Counted from the first letter of the stretch, positions 45,354 through 55,082 are shown. The stretch is DNA of 64,000 nucleotides from a virus (IMGVR_UViG_3300044678_002996:17301-81300), one strand, 5' to 3'. Translations and numbers: made by a program. Notes: generated by a model from the letters alone, not told the origin.

Positions 45354-46951
45354 TCTAATCTCCCCCTTATTTCGCCCAAAGTAGTTTTGTTAAACTGCAC
45401 GCCATTTTCAAACATAACTTTCAACTCACCACCAAGTTCTTCCTCAGGTGTGCAATCATTCTTAAGGGTTAGTTTTCCACCCTTATCTTTGACTACAGCA
45501 AGCAAGCCCTTCGCAGATTTTTTATGGCCACCTGTTTTAGGATCTTTGAAGATAGGCTTAGCCTTCCCATCAATTTCCACATAGGTAGCCTTACAGGCGA
45601 TACTGAAAGTATCACGAGTATTGTACTGGTATGTGTAAGATCCCACGCCGAATACTACGTTTGTGGATGCGAAACCCTTGTGTTTCAACCGATCACAAAT
45701 TTGTTCACATCGAGTGAAAGTAATACTGTCACCATAAATTAGCCCAATATGTGGATCTAATTCAAGATACCCCTTTGAGTTTTTGGTCGCCCCAAAGGTT
45801 TCAGCAAGGATCTGAATAGAGCCCTTCACTTCATCCTCAGTAAGTTCTTGACAGGTTATATCAAAATACTTATTATCTGATGTTTTAACAGCGTCGAAGG
45901 TCTCGGTGCCGTCGTTATTCCACAACTTAATATGGAACGGAGTTCTTCTTACCAACTGAAGATAATCGTCAGAGGTTTGTTTTACATTCTTAACAATGTA
46001 CCCAGTCACAATCTTAACTGGGTCACCGCTGTCGGGCCGAATTACGACCTTACCATTACGGGCCATAATCTTAGATTTAAGGGCCGGTAAGATTTTCTTA
46101 AGGACGTTCCAGTAATCCCATGTATCACTTACGATGGACACAATACCCGCAGGATACACATCCTCAATAATTCTGCGGAATGTTTCTTCTTCTGATTCAT
46201 CCCCACCCGCACACATTACACTGTGTTCAGTAGCTGGTACACTACATCCCACCAATTCTTCGTCGATATTCGCCCCGTAGAATTCCTCAAGGAACTCAAT
46301 AGCTGAGACTGTATCCGTCCCGACGAAACTTAGTAGGTGGGCTGCCCCACTAACGTATCCAGTTTCAACGCTACTCATTCCCCGCATGGAGAAGTCGTGG
46401 CACTGGAAATTAACAAACGGGCAGTTGTCGGAAGTCTCAGCGGCGTACTTGGATACCAACTTCTTAAACTGATGGGCGATAGTGGCTGACACGATAGCTT
46501 GCCACATTACCGTCTGAGTCAAGGTTTCGAGGAAGTTCGTGACCCAATAGAATTCATGCTTTGTGTTCACGATTGTCATGAACGGCACTTGAATTGGGCA
46601 CAATGTTCCTTCGGGCAAAGCCTTCAGGCGAATTGGCAAGTAGCCCAAATCGTGCAGACTTTCCATAGTCTTTGTGCTTACTGAGTCTTTGCCAGTAACA
46701 GCGTCCATCATTCGCTTGAATTTTGCAACAACCTTCTCTTTCGGCTGAGAGAAGAACCGCTCATTCCAGTTACGAATGAAGTATTCCTCAACCAGATATT
46801 GCGTGCCGAACACTACGATTGAATCCACGCCTTCCATTCGCGACGAGCGAGCGGTAGTATTGGAATACACCACTTGCGTCTTTGCAGGGTATTGTGGCGG
46901 GTGAGAGAACTTGTATACGTCGGCGAGTAGTTGTGGACTTGGTTTGAACAT
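45350..46951 (-). CDS. nadV: nicotinamide phosphoribosyltransferase (NAMPT/NadV)
   Basis: N-terminal ADVYKFSHPPQYP matches the NAMPT DSYKxTHxxQYP block. 533 aa, typical NadV length. Confidence 0.75.
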   Translation of the reverse strand: MFKPSPQLLADVYKFSHPPQYPAKTQVVYSNTTARSSRMEGVDSIVVFGTQYLVEEYFIRNWNERFFSQPKEKVVAKFKRMMDAVTGKDSVSTKTMESLHDLGYLPIRLKALPEGTLCPIQVPFMTIVNTKHEFYWVTNFLETLTQTVMWQAIVSATIAHQFKKLVSKYAAETSDNCPFVNFQCHDFSMRGMSSVETGYVSGAAHLLSFVGTDTVSAIEFLEEFYGANIDEELVGCSVPATEHSVMCAGGDESEEETFRRIIEDVYPAGIVSIVSDTWDYWNVLKKILPALKSKIMARNGKVVIRPDSGDPVKIVTGYIVKNVKQTSDDYLQLVRRTPFHIKLWNNDGTETFDAVKTSDNKYFDITCQELTEDEVKGSIQILAETFGATKNSKGYLELDPHIGLIYGDSITFTRCEQICDRLKHKGFASTNVVFGVGSYTYQYNTRDTFSIACKATYVEIDGKAKPIFKDPKTGGHKKSAKGLLAVVKDKGGKLTLKNDCTPEEELGGELKVMFENGVQFNKTTLGEIRGRLE

Positions 46952-46960
46952 TTCAAATTC

Positions 46961-47440
46961 CTATGGATGAACGAGATGAACTTTGGTTACGAATGGTAGA
47001 AGGTTGGCTAACGCCCGTGGGCCGTTTTTAGCCTTTTCTTTGATTACTTCGGCCCCAACAGATTGAGGGCGACCTTTATCTCTTTCGATACAGAGATATT
47101 CATCCGCTGTGAATACTACTAACTCAATATCATAAAGAGGGTCAAAATTAACAGCAACTTGCGTGAAGATTTCGAGTGAGTATTTGTTGTTAATGCTACC
47201 TGTGTCGAACACTATGAGCTTACGCCCATCTTTTAGGGCCGCGAAGACCCGCTCCTTTGCCTCTTGCACAGCCCGCTTGTAGAATTCCCCATGTTTTTCA
47301 TGAGTATATCCCGGATAAGACTCCTTGATTTTATCGGCTGAGATGATGTATTCTTCATCATAATGCTCCTGAAGCCACGTACTTTTACCAGCCGCTGGTA
47401 AACCAAAGGTACAAACAAATTTAGCCATCGCACTTTCCAA
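46961..47440 (-). CDS. P-loop kinase (polynucleotide-kinase/AAA_33-like kinase domain)
   Basis: FGLPAAGKSTWLQEHYDEEYIISADKIK resembles the T4 Pnk kinase-domain N-terminus (GCPGSGKSTWA...NRDD). Confidence 0.45.
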   Translation of the reverse strand: MESAMAKFVCTFGLPAAGKSTWLQEHYDEEYIISADKIKESYPGYTHEKHGEFYKRAVQEAKERVFAALKDGRKLIVFDTGSINNKYSLEIFTQVAVNFDPLYDIELVVFTADEYLCIERDKGRPQSVGAEVIKEKAKNGPRALANLLPFVTKVHLVHP

Positions 47441-47690
47441 CTTCTATGAATTGTACTGTTGTGTAAGTTCTTGTGGGAATTACGATTTCTTTGCCGTCAA
47501 GTAGGAAGATCTCAGTGCCTTTGTCGCCCCAACCCATATACTCGGCCCCAAAGTATGAGAACGAGCGGTCTTGACAACAAGCCATGATATGCTTTACAAC
47601 GTGATCAGAAGTGTGGCAGATACATTTACATGGATAATTAGGATCCACATAGATTATATCATATCTGTGTTTTGTCTTTAGGTGTTCCAC
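47421..47690 (-). CDS. hypothetical Cys/His-rich small protein
   Basis: 89-aa ORF. Confidence 0.3.
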   Translation of the reverse strand: MEHLKTKHRYDIIYVDPNYPCKCICHTSDHVVKHIMACCQDRSFSYFGAEYMGWGDKGTEIFLLDGKEIVIPTRTYTTVQFIEVGKCDG

Positions 47691-48448
47691 ACCCGTCCCT
47701 TTCGAGTGTAAATCTGTTGGTAATGACCCAAAAGGGCCCCTAACCCTTGTGAGAATATTCCATGACTTACATAAAGGATCAGCTTATTGGGACCGCAGTG
47801 GGCGACTGCTTTCGCCACCTCGATGAATGTACGTCCTCCGTCGCACAGGTCGTCGCATACGAGAATGTTTTTCCCAAAAGGTATGTTGGGTACGATAGTC
47901 TCAAGAATATGTCCAGTAGCCTCGTCGCGTATTTTCTCTGCGACGATGAATTCTTTGGCGGACAATTGTGAGTATCTCGCCGCCGCCCCTTTGTCGGGCA
48001 ATAGCAGAAGGTCAATTCCCTCGCGTTCGACAATGTCCGCAATATTCTGTTGTGGCAGTGTGTTCACCAACTTAATATTGCGGTATTGGTCGAAGAACGC
48101 AGGATTGTGGACGTCGAACGTATGAAGTTCACATTTGCCCATCATCTCAGCAAAGAAATGTAGAGCCCAGCAAGATGTGTTTACAATACCTTTATCCTGC
48201 CTCGCGTAAGGAAGATATGGGACGTCCCAGATAACTAGCTGGTTGGCGGGTTCCTTTATCTTCATCCTTTCTACGAAGTAGAGCAGTTGGAAGATGTGCA
48301 GCAACTCATACTCGTCCTCAAATTCCCAGTGAATTCGCAGTACGTCTTCCTTAAAGGCATTTAGTAGCCCTTCGGGCTGTTTCCAGACTTGAGATGTCTT
48401 ATCTGGAAATCTTGTAACGTTCAGAGTAAATCCGTTTATATGTATCAT
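47678..48448 (-). CDS. type I phosphoribosyltransferase-fold protein, PRPP-synthetase-like (Prs/Adps-like)
   Basis: PRPP-binding loop ILVCDDLCDGGRTF. Length 256 aa. Adjacent to nadV. Confidence 0.55.
   Translation of the reverse strand: MIHINGFTLNVTRFPDKTSQVWKQPEGLLNAFKEDVLRIHWEFEDEYELLHIFQLLYFVERMKIKEPANQLVIWDVPYLPYARQDKGIVNTSCWALHFFAEMMGKCELHTFDVHNPAFFDQYRNIKLVNTLPQQNIADIVEREGIDLLLLPDKGAAARYSQLSAKEFIVAEKIRDEATGHILETIVPNIPFGKNILVCDDLCDGGRTFIEVAKAVAHCGPNKLILYVSHGIFSQGLGALLGHYQQIYTRKGRVWNT
47951..47969 (-). repeat. co-oriented motif copy TTTGGCGGACAATTGT
   Basis: Inside the Prs-like gene. Encodes QLSAKEF. Confidence 0.45.
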
Positions 48449-48523
48449 AGCCCTATCACTTTATGAATTGAAATACCAACAAAAACACAAACTTCAAGGG
48501 CTAGTAATACTGCCCAGATTTCA

Positions 48524-49234
48524 TCAGCCGAAATAATTCGGCGGGTCTTTGACAAATTCAAAGCCTTTACATTCTGGCGGGGCATCTTTGATCCTTAGCT
48601 TAGCGGAGTCGAATTGGCGACCAACCCTATCCATAAGTCTTAGTGATTTGTCTGGGTTGACTTTAAGAATCTTGAAAACAATTGTTCCATCTTCAGAGAG
48701 GGCCCATTGTTTTTTTAGTTTGACCTCAAGAAGATCCGGTGAGCAATCGATAATAGAATACCTGTAATACCAGAAAAGTTGTTGCTTACCAGCGTATTCT
48801 GTTTCGATTTTGTAAATGTAGTTCGGGTCGCCACCCGGACGACGAGATATGTCAATGATTTTACCATAACTGCCGATGAGGTCAGTCATAGCATCATCCC
48901 AGCTCAGATCGCCGTGTTTTTTTGTATGTCGACGAATAATTCTTACTGAGGAGCCCTTGGCGAATTTACCGTCATCCTTTACGAGAGAGTTCCCGTAGAA
49001 GACGTATTCAAACCAATTACCGTTATGTTTGAATTTGACGTTAAACATATCATAATCTGAGTTGTCTTCACATCTATCATAAACGGATGTGATTTCTCCA
49101 TGCAGATTGATATACGCGTAAAATTCATCGGACCATAGGTCATTTTCATCTTCGTCAGGGCTTTTAAAGATTATTACTCTGTCGCCCTTTTGATATTCGA
49201 AAAGATCACTCATAATGACTCCATAAAGCCCCAT
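48524..49234 (-). CDS. hypothetical protein
   Basis: 236-aa ORF. Confidence 0.45.
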   Translation of the reverse strand: MGLYGVIMSDLFEYQKGDRVIIFKSPDEDENDLWSDEFYAYINLHGEITSVYDRCEDNSDYDMFNVKFKHNGNWFEYVFYGNSLVKDDGKFAKGSSVRIIRRHTKKHGDLSWDDAMTDLIGSYGKIIDISRRPGGDPNYIYKIETEYAGKQQLFWYYRYSIIDCSPDLLEVKLKKQWALSEDGTIVFKILKVNPDKSLRLMDRVGRQFDSAKLRIKDAPPECKGFEFVKDPPNYFG

Positions 49235-49264
49235 ATTTCAGGGGCTTGTTCGAGGAATTAAAAA

Positions 49265-50569
49265 CTATTTAGCGGCAGTAGCCTGTTTTGGCGGCTCGGG
49301 GATAGGCATCAGCATATTGATACCTTGCCCACTACCCATCATGTAGACTGGATACTTTCCGTCCCATTTTTCAAGTCCTTTGGCCCGCACTTCGATTTCC
49401 TTCAACTTGAGGTAGAATTCCTCAGATTGTTGGGCTTTTTCGATTTCGTAGGCCTTCGCGTCGGCCACTGCCTGAATACCTTGGGCTTCTGCCTCTTTCT
49501 CTGCGAGAATCGCTTCAGCCTTAGACTTTGCGGCGAGTAGGATTTGCTTATTCATTTCCTCTTGGGCGACAGTCTTAGCGATAGCAATAGATTTCTCTTG
49601 CTCTGCTGTAAAGACTTCGACCATCTTGGCGATAATCTTAGCATCTTTGTAAACAAAGCCGCCAGTAATACCAAGGTTTGTGATGGTGATGCCACGCTCA
49701 AGAAAGAATGCTTTCACATCTGTTACGGTTTTTGTAAGGATTGGCGTTGCCCCTTTTCTTAGGGCATCCATCGGCATATCCGTTACATTTAATCCGAATT
49801 CGGTAGCAAGTTTCGCCCGAATTTCTTGGTCCATCACTTGCTCAAGACTACCGTTCTTGTAGTTAGCTAAGAACTTAGCAGCATCAGCCCGTGTATCGAT
49901 TTTTGCCGTACAGCTCCATCCGGTAGAGAATTCTACTTGGTCACTTGTCATAACCCAGATCGCTTCGTTTTTAGCGCTCGTCCCACTATTTGGGTCAGCG
50001 GTCCATTCTCTTGTCACCGACGATCTGTCGACCTTAATAAAACGGGCAGCGTCACGCCACTCGCCATTATATCCCATAGTCTCATAACCAAGCTGAATCC
50101 ACATTTGGGGGATTTTAACTTGTTGTGAGTTTACCATGTTTGAAGTGAAATCTTCGGGCGAAGTAGTGGATTGATCTTTCACGTTCTCATTCGAGATGAG
50201 GAAGCCTACCTCATGGGGCTCAATGACCTCAAGCTTAATAGGCTCGAATGGTTTTCGACACCCCGCCGTGAAGAGCAAAAGTAAGAGCGGTGAGACCTTT
50301 AGCAACTTGCGGGCGTGATGTTTTGCCTCACTCGCCCACATGATCACGTTCATAAACAATACACCCATCCACACCCCCATCACGAGATTGTTACGATCAG
50401 CATGATTTTGCATCAATTCGTGACGATTCGGCTCATTCAGTTGCTGCACCGACGCCGAGATGTCCTTCGATGACTCCTCCGCCGTAAAACGTTGGGTGAA
50501 TACAACACAGCAAATAATAGACACCATTGTAACCAAAAACTTTGTAAACAATTTAGCTCTCCAGTTCAA
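49265..50569 (-). CDS. SPFH/band-7 (HflK/flotillin-like) membrane protein
   Basis: N-terminal TM helices. Central SPFH-like block. C-terminal AEAILAEKEAEAQGIQAVADAKAYEIEKAQ coiled coil typical of HflK/flotillin. Confidence 0.65.
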   Translation of the reverse strand: MNWRAKLFTKFLVTMVSIICCVVFTQRFTAEESSKDISASVQQLNEPNRHELMQNHADRNNLVMGVWMGVLFMNVIMWASEAKHHARKLLKVSPLLLLLFTAGCRKPFEPIKLEVIEPHEVGFLISNENVKDQSTTSPEDFTSNMVNSQQVKIPQMWIQLGYETMGYNGEWRDAARFIKVDRSSVTREWTADPNSGTSAKNEAIWVMTSDQVEFSTGWSCTAKIDTRADAAKFLANYKNGSLEQVMDQEIRAKLATEFGLNVTDMPMDALRKGATPILTKTVTDVKAFFLERGITITNLGITGGFVYKDAKIIAKMVEVFTAEQEKSIAIAKTVAQEEMNKQILLAAKSKAEAILAEKEAEAQGIQAVADAKAYEIEKAQQSEEFYLKLKEIEVRAKGLEKWDGKYPVYMMGSGQGINMLMPIPEPPKQATAAK

Positions 50570-50837
50570 TTTCGGTTAAGTACTTATCCACAATTTTGAT
50601 CATCATCTTACGATATTCCAAAGCCTCGTCAGTCCATCCGTCTTGAGAAGAAACTTCTTGACCTTTTCGCATACCCTCAAGGTAACCTTCGTGGTATGTT
50701 CCAATATTTCTCGTGCGAGTTAGTTCTGTCCGGACGCATTCAAGCTCCGCCTCAGACGCACGCTTTCTCCCGTATACAAAAAACAGAAGCAGAGAAAGAA
50801 TTATTATGATTCCAATTTGAATCTCAAGATGCATCAT
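50553..50837 (-). CDS. small membrane protein
   Basis: N-terminal TM IGIIIILSLLLFFVYG. Confidence 0.35.
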   Translation of the reverse strand: MMHLEIQIGIIIILSLLLFFVYGRKRASEAELECVRTELTRTRNIGTYHEGYLEGMRKGQEVSSQDGWTDEALEYRKMMIKIVDKYLTEIELES

Positions 50838-51181
50838 TCCTCCTCGTTATTCACAACATTTACAAAAGGATTTCCGTGACTCATAGCCGCGTGATATCCG
50901 AGCGTGTAGGATGAGTTGGTAGAGTTAGTCATACCGTCACGTACGCCATCCTCGTATGTTTTTCTGGCGGACAATTGTACGAGATCACTCTGGAAGTCAG
51001 CAACCTGTTCTTCCAGAATTTGGGCGTTGAGCTTCATAGCCTCAATTTGGGCCGCTGTCGCCACCCTTTGACTTTCGGCATTAGATGAAGCCACAATTGC
51101 CCAATGGGCCGGTGCCACTGTGACAATGTGAACAGGGACAGTAATGAAACAGAAACACAATGCAAGTTTAACAAACTTCAT
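50834..51181 (-). CDS. secreted/membrane hypothetical protein
   Basis: Signal-like N-terminus MKFVKLALCFCFITVPVHIVTVAPA. Confidence 0.4.
   Translation of the reverse strand: MKFVKLALCFCFITVPVHIVTVAPAHWAIVASSNAESQRVATAAQIEAMKLNAQILEEQVADFQSDLVQLSARKTYEDGVRDGMTNSTNSSYTLGYHAAMSHGNPFVNVVNNEEE
50961..50979 (-). repeat. co-oriented motif copy TTTTCTGGCGGACAATTGT
   Basis: Inside the gene 50834..51181. Encodes QLSARKT. Confidence 0.45.
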
Positions 51182-51193
51182 CTTAAATCGCCC

Positions 51194-51637
51194 TTAAGTA
51201 ATTGTATATCCGAGAACACCACCAATGAAACGAAAGATCTTATCTGCTTGTTTGAGGTCGATAGTCTTGCACCCACATTCAAAAACCTTTGACTCCTTAT
51301 CGTAAGTAAGAAAATCGCCCTCAATATCAATTGGCTCGTTAACTGGCACGCCGTCGATGATCTTTACAACCTTGTGGAAAAGTGTGACTTCATCATAGTC
51401 AATTGTAAATTCTTCTCCGTCTGTGTATCCGCCGTCTTCAGTCTTGTGTAAGACAACATTCTTGCCAAGAGAGTCCGCACTGAACGAAAAATATGTGCTT
51501 CCGTCAGTAGATTCAACTTTAACATAGATGTTCTCTGGGGAGCTAGCTCCGTCAACTCCGTCGAACTCATCCATTTTGATGATTTGTTCGAACGTTGGGA
51601 ACTTAACTGTAACCGTGTCTTTCTTAGCTGTCGCCAT
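51194..51637 (-). CDS. hypothetical protein
   Basis: 147-aa ORF. Confidence 0.4.
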   Translation of the reverse strand: MATAKKDTVTVKFPTFEQIIKMDEFDGVDGASSPENIYVKVESTDGSTYFSFSADSLGKNVVLHKTEDGGYTDGEEFTIDYDEVTLFHKVVKIIDGVPVNEPIDIEGDFLTYDKESKVFECGCKTIDLKQADKIFRFIGGVLGYTIT

Positions 51638-51689
51638 CTCTAAATCCTTTGGTTGGGTGTAAAAATAACCGAAGGGCTTACGCCCTGTT

Positions 51690-52070
51690 TCATCTTAGGT
51701 GATCTGTTGCAAAATCATAAAGCTCTTCGAAGGGTGGGTAACCACTTATACCTTTCCCTTCCGCCAATAATTCGTTTAAGTAAACTTGAAAACCACGTTC
51801 TGGAATCCATGGGCCAGCAGGGAAAAGCCATGTCGACCCAATGGTTATAGAAGAGTCTTGGTCTATTATAGACTCCTCTGTGGCGTCAGATTTATTAAGC
51901 CTTATTACAGCTTTTGTCGAGCCTATTCCGTGCTTCCGCCCAGCTTTCAATATCAGTGGTATGTTGAACTTCTTACAGAAGTCCGCCACCGACATTGGCT
52001 CGTCTATCTCAAATTCGCGACGGCTTGTTCGAATTTGATAGGGGTGAGATAGAAGTAAGATTTTTATCAC
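51690..52070 (-). CDS. hypothetical protein
   Basis: 126-aa ORF. Confidence 0.35.
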   Translation of the reverse strand: MIKILLLSHPYQIRTSRREFEIDEPMSVADFCKKFNIPLILKAGRKHGIGSTKAVIRLNKSDATEESIIDQDSSITIGSTWLFPAGPWIPERGFQVYLNELLAEGKGISGYPPFEELYDFATDHLR

Positions 52071-52397
52071 GGAAGCAAATCCTTAATAGTTGTCTTATCC
52101 AACTTCCCGTCTTTTGGCATGATGGCAACGCAAAAATTTGCGGCACTTGCAGAATACAAAAGGGCTTGCGTGTTTCGGTTGTCCACCATAATTGCACAGC
52201 ACAAAAGAAGCGAACCCATGTAGGCATTCAAATATCTCATCGTCTGTCCCTTATTGATAATCCAGTTGAACAATCCTGATGCAACTTTCTTCTGCCCGCG
52301 TCTCTTGGATACTTAATCCAAGATTCGATAAACCCCAGCCATAAGTGGATGGACATACCGAGTGTGTTGTATTTCTTGAGTAATTCTTTACGTGTCA

Positions 52398-52748
52398 TCA
52401 CTGCATCCAGATGTAGGCAAACCCGCCAATGAGCATGAGAAGGAAGATGATTGGAATGAGGATAATCGCCGCTTCGCCCGTAACCTTTGGTTTCTGCTGA
52501 GGGATATTCAAAAGTTCACAAGTTCTAACAGTGAACTCAAAAACATCTCTGAGTTCATTTTCATCCAAATTATCAAGTTCATTTCTGACGTCACCCGTTT
52601 CCCAAATTACAGTCGGTCCGCCCATAATCTTATCACGACCCCATGCGGCAATCCGCACCACCTTTTGCCCAGATTTTTCTGTGCGAGGGAAATTCGGGTA
52701 CGTATAAAAATAAGCGTCGTAGATCTCTCTTTGTCCCTGAATCTTCAC
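52398..52748 (-). CDS. hypothetical protein with C-terminal TM helix
   Basis: 116-aa ORF. Confidence 0.35.
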   Translation of the reverse strand: MKIQGQREIYDAYFYTYPNFPRTEKSGQKVVRIAAWGRDKIMGGPTVIWETGDVRNELDNLDENELRDVFEFTVRTCELLNIPQQKPKVTGEAAIILIPIIFLLMLIGGFAYIWMQ

Positions 52749-53197
52749 GGCAAACCTTTCAAGTAACTCATAATAAAATCAACATTCTCTTCTGTTAGGC
52801 CAAACTGATGTTGAGTCCTAAAGAAGAACACATTGGGCAATTCTGGGTCGACATATTTGCTTTCCATGTCGTCCAGTATAATACAAGAGGTGTACTCATT
52901 CTTAGAGAGCCACTCAGCTATCTCTTGGTTGCGATTCATTGGATTACTATGACACGGAGTAGTGTCAAATATGGTAAGTCCGATGCCCAATAGATTAGCC
53001 CGTACTTCAGCCAAATTTTGGGGCGTGCGTCGCCGGTCAGAAGAAAGTACAATCTTGGGGCCACCCAAAAGGTCACAAAGTAACCTTAGGTTACTCATAT
53101 TGTAGGCATTAAACGAATCATCTGAGATGTCGTTATTACACACGCCATCTATATCTAGAAAGATATAGCTGATCAAGTTAGTCTTTCGAGTCAGCAA
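52745..53197 (-). CDS. HAD-like phosphatase (Pnk-phosphatase-like candidate)
   Basis: N-terminal YIFLDIDGVCNND (DxDG motif I). Confidence 0.4.
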   Translation of the reverse strand: MLTRKTNLISYIFLDIDGVCNNDISDDSFNAYNMSNLRLLCDLLGGPKIVLSSDRRRTPQNLAEVRANLLGIGLTIFDTTPCHSNPMNRNQEIAEWLSKNEYTSCIILDDMESKYVDPELPNVFFFRTQHQFGLTEENVDFIMSYLKGLP

Positions 53198-53435
53198 TGC
53201 ATATTAGCATTACAATGCCACCACTAATTGCAACGTATGTGGAAGCCATAATACCGCACAAGAATCCATTCATTTTCTCTTCTGCGATCCACTGGTCTTT
53301 CGCTTTGTCGTAGTGCTGAACAGTTTCTGGCGGAAACATTGGGCAATAATGTTCAGCCATCGCTGCAAACATAGGCACGAGGGGCAGAGAGATAAGGAGC
53401 AAAGCTCCAAAAATAACACAGAGGGCGCGTTTCAT
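53178..53435 (-). CDS. small membrane protein
   Basis: 85 aa, two TM helices. Confidence 0.35.
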   Translation of the reverse strand: MKRALCVIFGALLLISLPLVPMFAAMAEHYCPMFPPETVQHYDKAKDQWIAEEKMNGFLCGIMASTYVAISGGIVMLICIADSKD

Positions 53436-53866
53436 TGGACTCTAAGCCTTTCGAACGTTAGGTGAAGTTCTAGCATCTCTTCTATGGCGTTTACCAACTG
53501 ATCCAAAGAATGGAACTTGACATCCTTATCATTGATCAGTTCCAATAATCTTTCTGGGGATGTGCCGGTCTTTGTGAAAAAATCAAAGATTGAGGCGACG
53601 TGTTCAGGCTTCACCAATTGGTCGTTCAGCATATTCCGGCGGGGAATGTCTGCGTGTGTTCGGGCGTCTGTTTTAAGCCCGCCCGCGATGTCTTTACGCC
53701 ACAAACGTCGAGTACGAGCAGTGTACTTATACTCTGGGAGCTTACCTGCTAGCTCTTCCACTCTTTTTTGTAGGTGTATTAGACTTGTCCTGTCACCCAG
53801 TTCTCCCAACGCAACGAAGATGGCCTGTTTAAGTTTCATCAAGCACTCCCTCTTTCTACAGTACAA
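53432..53866 (-). CDS. hypothetical protein
   Basis: 144-aa ORF. Confidence 0.4.
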   Translation of the reverse strand: MYCRKRECLMKLKQAIFVALGELGDRTSLIHLQKRVEELAGKLPEYKYTARTRRLWRKDIAGGLKTDARTHADIPRRNMLNDQLVKPEHVASIFDFFTKTGTSPERLLELINDKDVKFHSLDQLVNAIEEMLELHLTFERLRVQ

Positions 53867-54141
53867 AGCTTACAAACGACTGTTCTCTTGTGTGCCTGAA
53901 ACATATTCTGGCAAATACAACACTGATTCCAATAATTGCCATTCTCATGGGAGAAGTCTTCAGGCCAATTTCTTGAGAGCACTTCCCCATTGATAATCAG
54001 AATGGACATCGCTGGGAATTCCTCAATAGGTGGGACTTCATTGAGGATCGTTAGATGGCTGTATTCGGCGATCACTTCTTTTGCGGACAAACGCCTGATG
54101 TAAGGGGCATCATTATGTCGAATAATACAGATCACGGGCAC
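53839..54141 (-). CDS. hypothetical protein with C-terminal CxxC pairs
   Basis: 100 aa with CCICQN...CKLC. Confidence 0.35.
   Translation of the reverse strand: MPVICIIRHNDAPYIRRLSAKEVIAEYSHLTILNEVPPIEEFPAMSILIINGEVLSRNWPEDFSHENGNYWNQCCICQNMFQAHKRTVVCKLCTVERGSA
54078..54092 (-). repeat. co-oriented motif copy TTTTGCGGACAAACG
   Basis: Inside the gene 53839..54141. Encodes RLSAKEV. Confidence 0.4.
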
Positions 54142-55082
54142 GCTCCACAGGGAGTATGGAGAATTGGCAATCCCGCCCCAACTGAAGGGCGAACTAATTC
54201 TGGATTATCTTTCATCCATTGTTGTACGAACCATAATTGCCCACAACCACCGCCCACATCATCTTGCCCAGCGGGGTCGAAGACTCTTACATTATATCCA
54301 GCGTCCAACATCTTGGAGCTGAAATTTGTGGCTAATTCCCGCTGATGGTCATTCTTAGCGGGTAAGCCTTCATTACGCTCACAGATCACACTAATAGTGC
54401 ATTCCCAAATATTTGGGTCAAATTGAGCTTGTAGCCGTGCAACATCTTCATCAGATGTATTGTCGTCCGCCGCACAATAGTTGAAGAAAGGTTTACGCCC
54501 TGTAGCCATTCGCCACATAAATCCCTCATAACCAATGTTATTAAGAGATAGTTTGGCTTTAAACGGGATGAGCTTATTCCGCTCTTCATCAGTAGATTTG
54601 TGGACAGAAAACTGCAGGCCTACAGTTGGGACATCAATTGACAACCTGCGAAGTGGGTCGTAATCAATATCTGGTCCGATTGTACTAATCAACAAAGCTG
54701 CATTGGGGTACTTACTGTATAGTACCCGTATGGCGATTTCAAGATTCTTGAAGTTGAGTAGAGGCTCGCCCATACTCATAAACATAATCTGCAATCGCCC
54801 CATTGACAGTGGGTCTACTCCAGTTTGCCCAATTGAGTAGTCCACTTGTTCAACAATTTCGTCCGCTGTAAGGGATCTTACAAAAGCATCCCCTGCCCCG
54901 CAAAATCTGCATCCCACAGGGCATCCAGATTGCGTTGAACAACAGATAACAGTCCGCGTGGCGTAATCGGGGTACTTGTAGAGTACACTTTCTGCCACAG
55001 CATTATCCTTGGTATACACAAATTTGCACACCGAGGATTCTGAACTGTCAATACGCTTGATATCATTCCAATAAGTAAGCAT
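54132..55082 (-). CDS. rlmN: radical SAM enzyme, RlmN/Cfr-like RNA methyltransferase
   Basis: CCSTQSGCPVGCRFCGAG gives the CxxxCxxC cluster in an RlmN-like context (RlmN SSQVGCxxxCxFC). MSMGEPL matches RlmN MGMGEPL. Confidence 0.65.
   Translation of the reverse strand: MLTYWNDIKRIDSSESSVCKFVYTKDNAVAESVLYKYPDYATRTVICCSTQSGCPVGCRFCGAGDAFVRSLTADEIVEQVDYSIGQTGVDPLSMGRLQIMFMSMGEPLLNFKNLEIAIRVLYSKYPNAALLISTIGPDIDYDPLRRLSIDVPTVGLQFSVHKSTDEERNKLIPFKAKLSLNNIGYEGFMWRMATGRKPFFNYCAADDNTSDEDVARLQAQFDPNIWECTISVICERNEGLPAKNDHQRELATNFSSKMLDAGYNVRVFDPAGQDDVGGGCGQLWFVQQWMKDNPELVRPSVGAGLPILHTPCGACP

Noticed and set aside
53517-53993. 158-aa plus-strand ORF
   Set aside because: Antisense to 53432..53866. It is Ser/Cys-rich and lies in wholly minus-strand territory.
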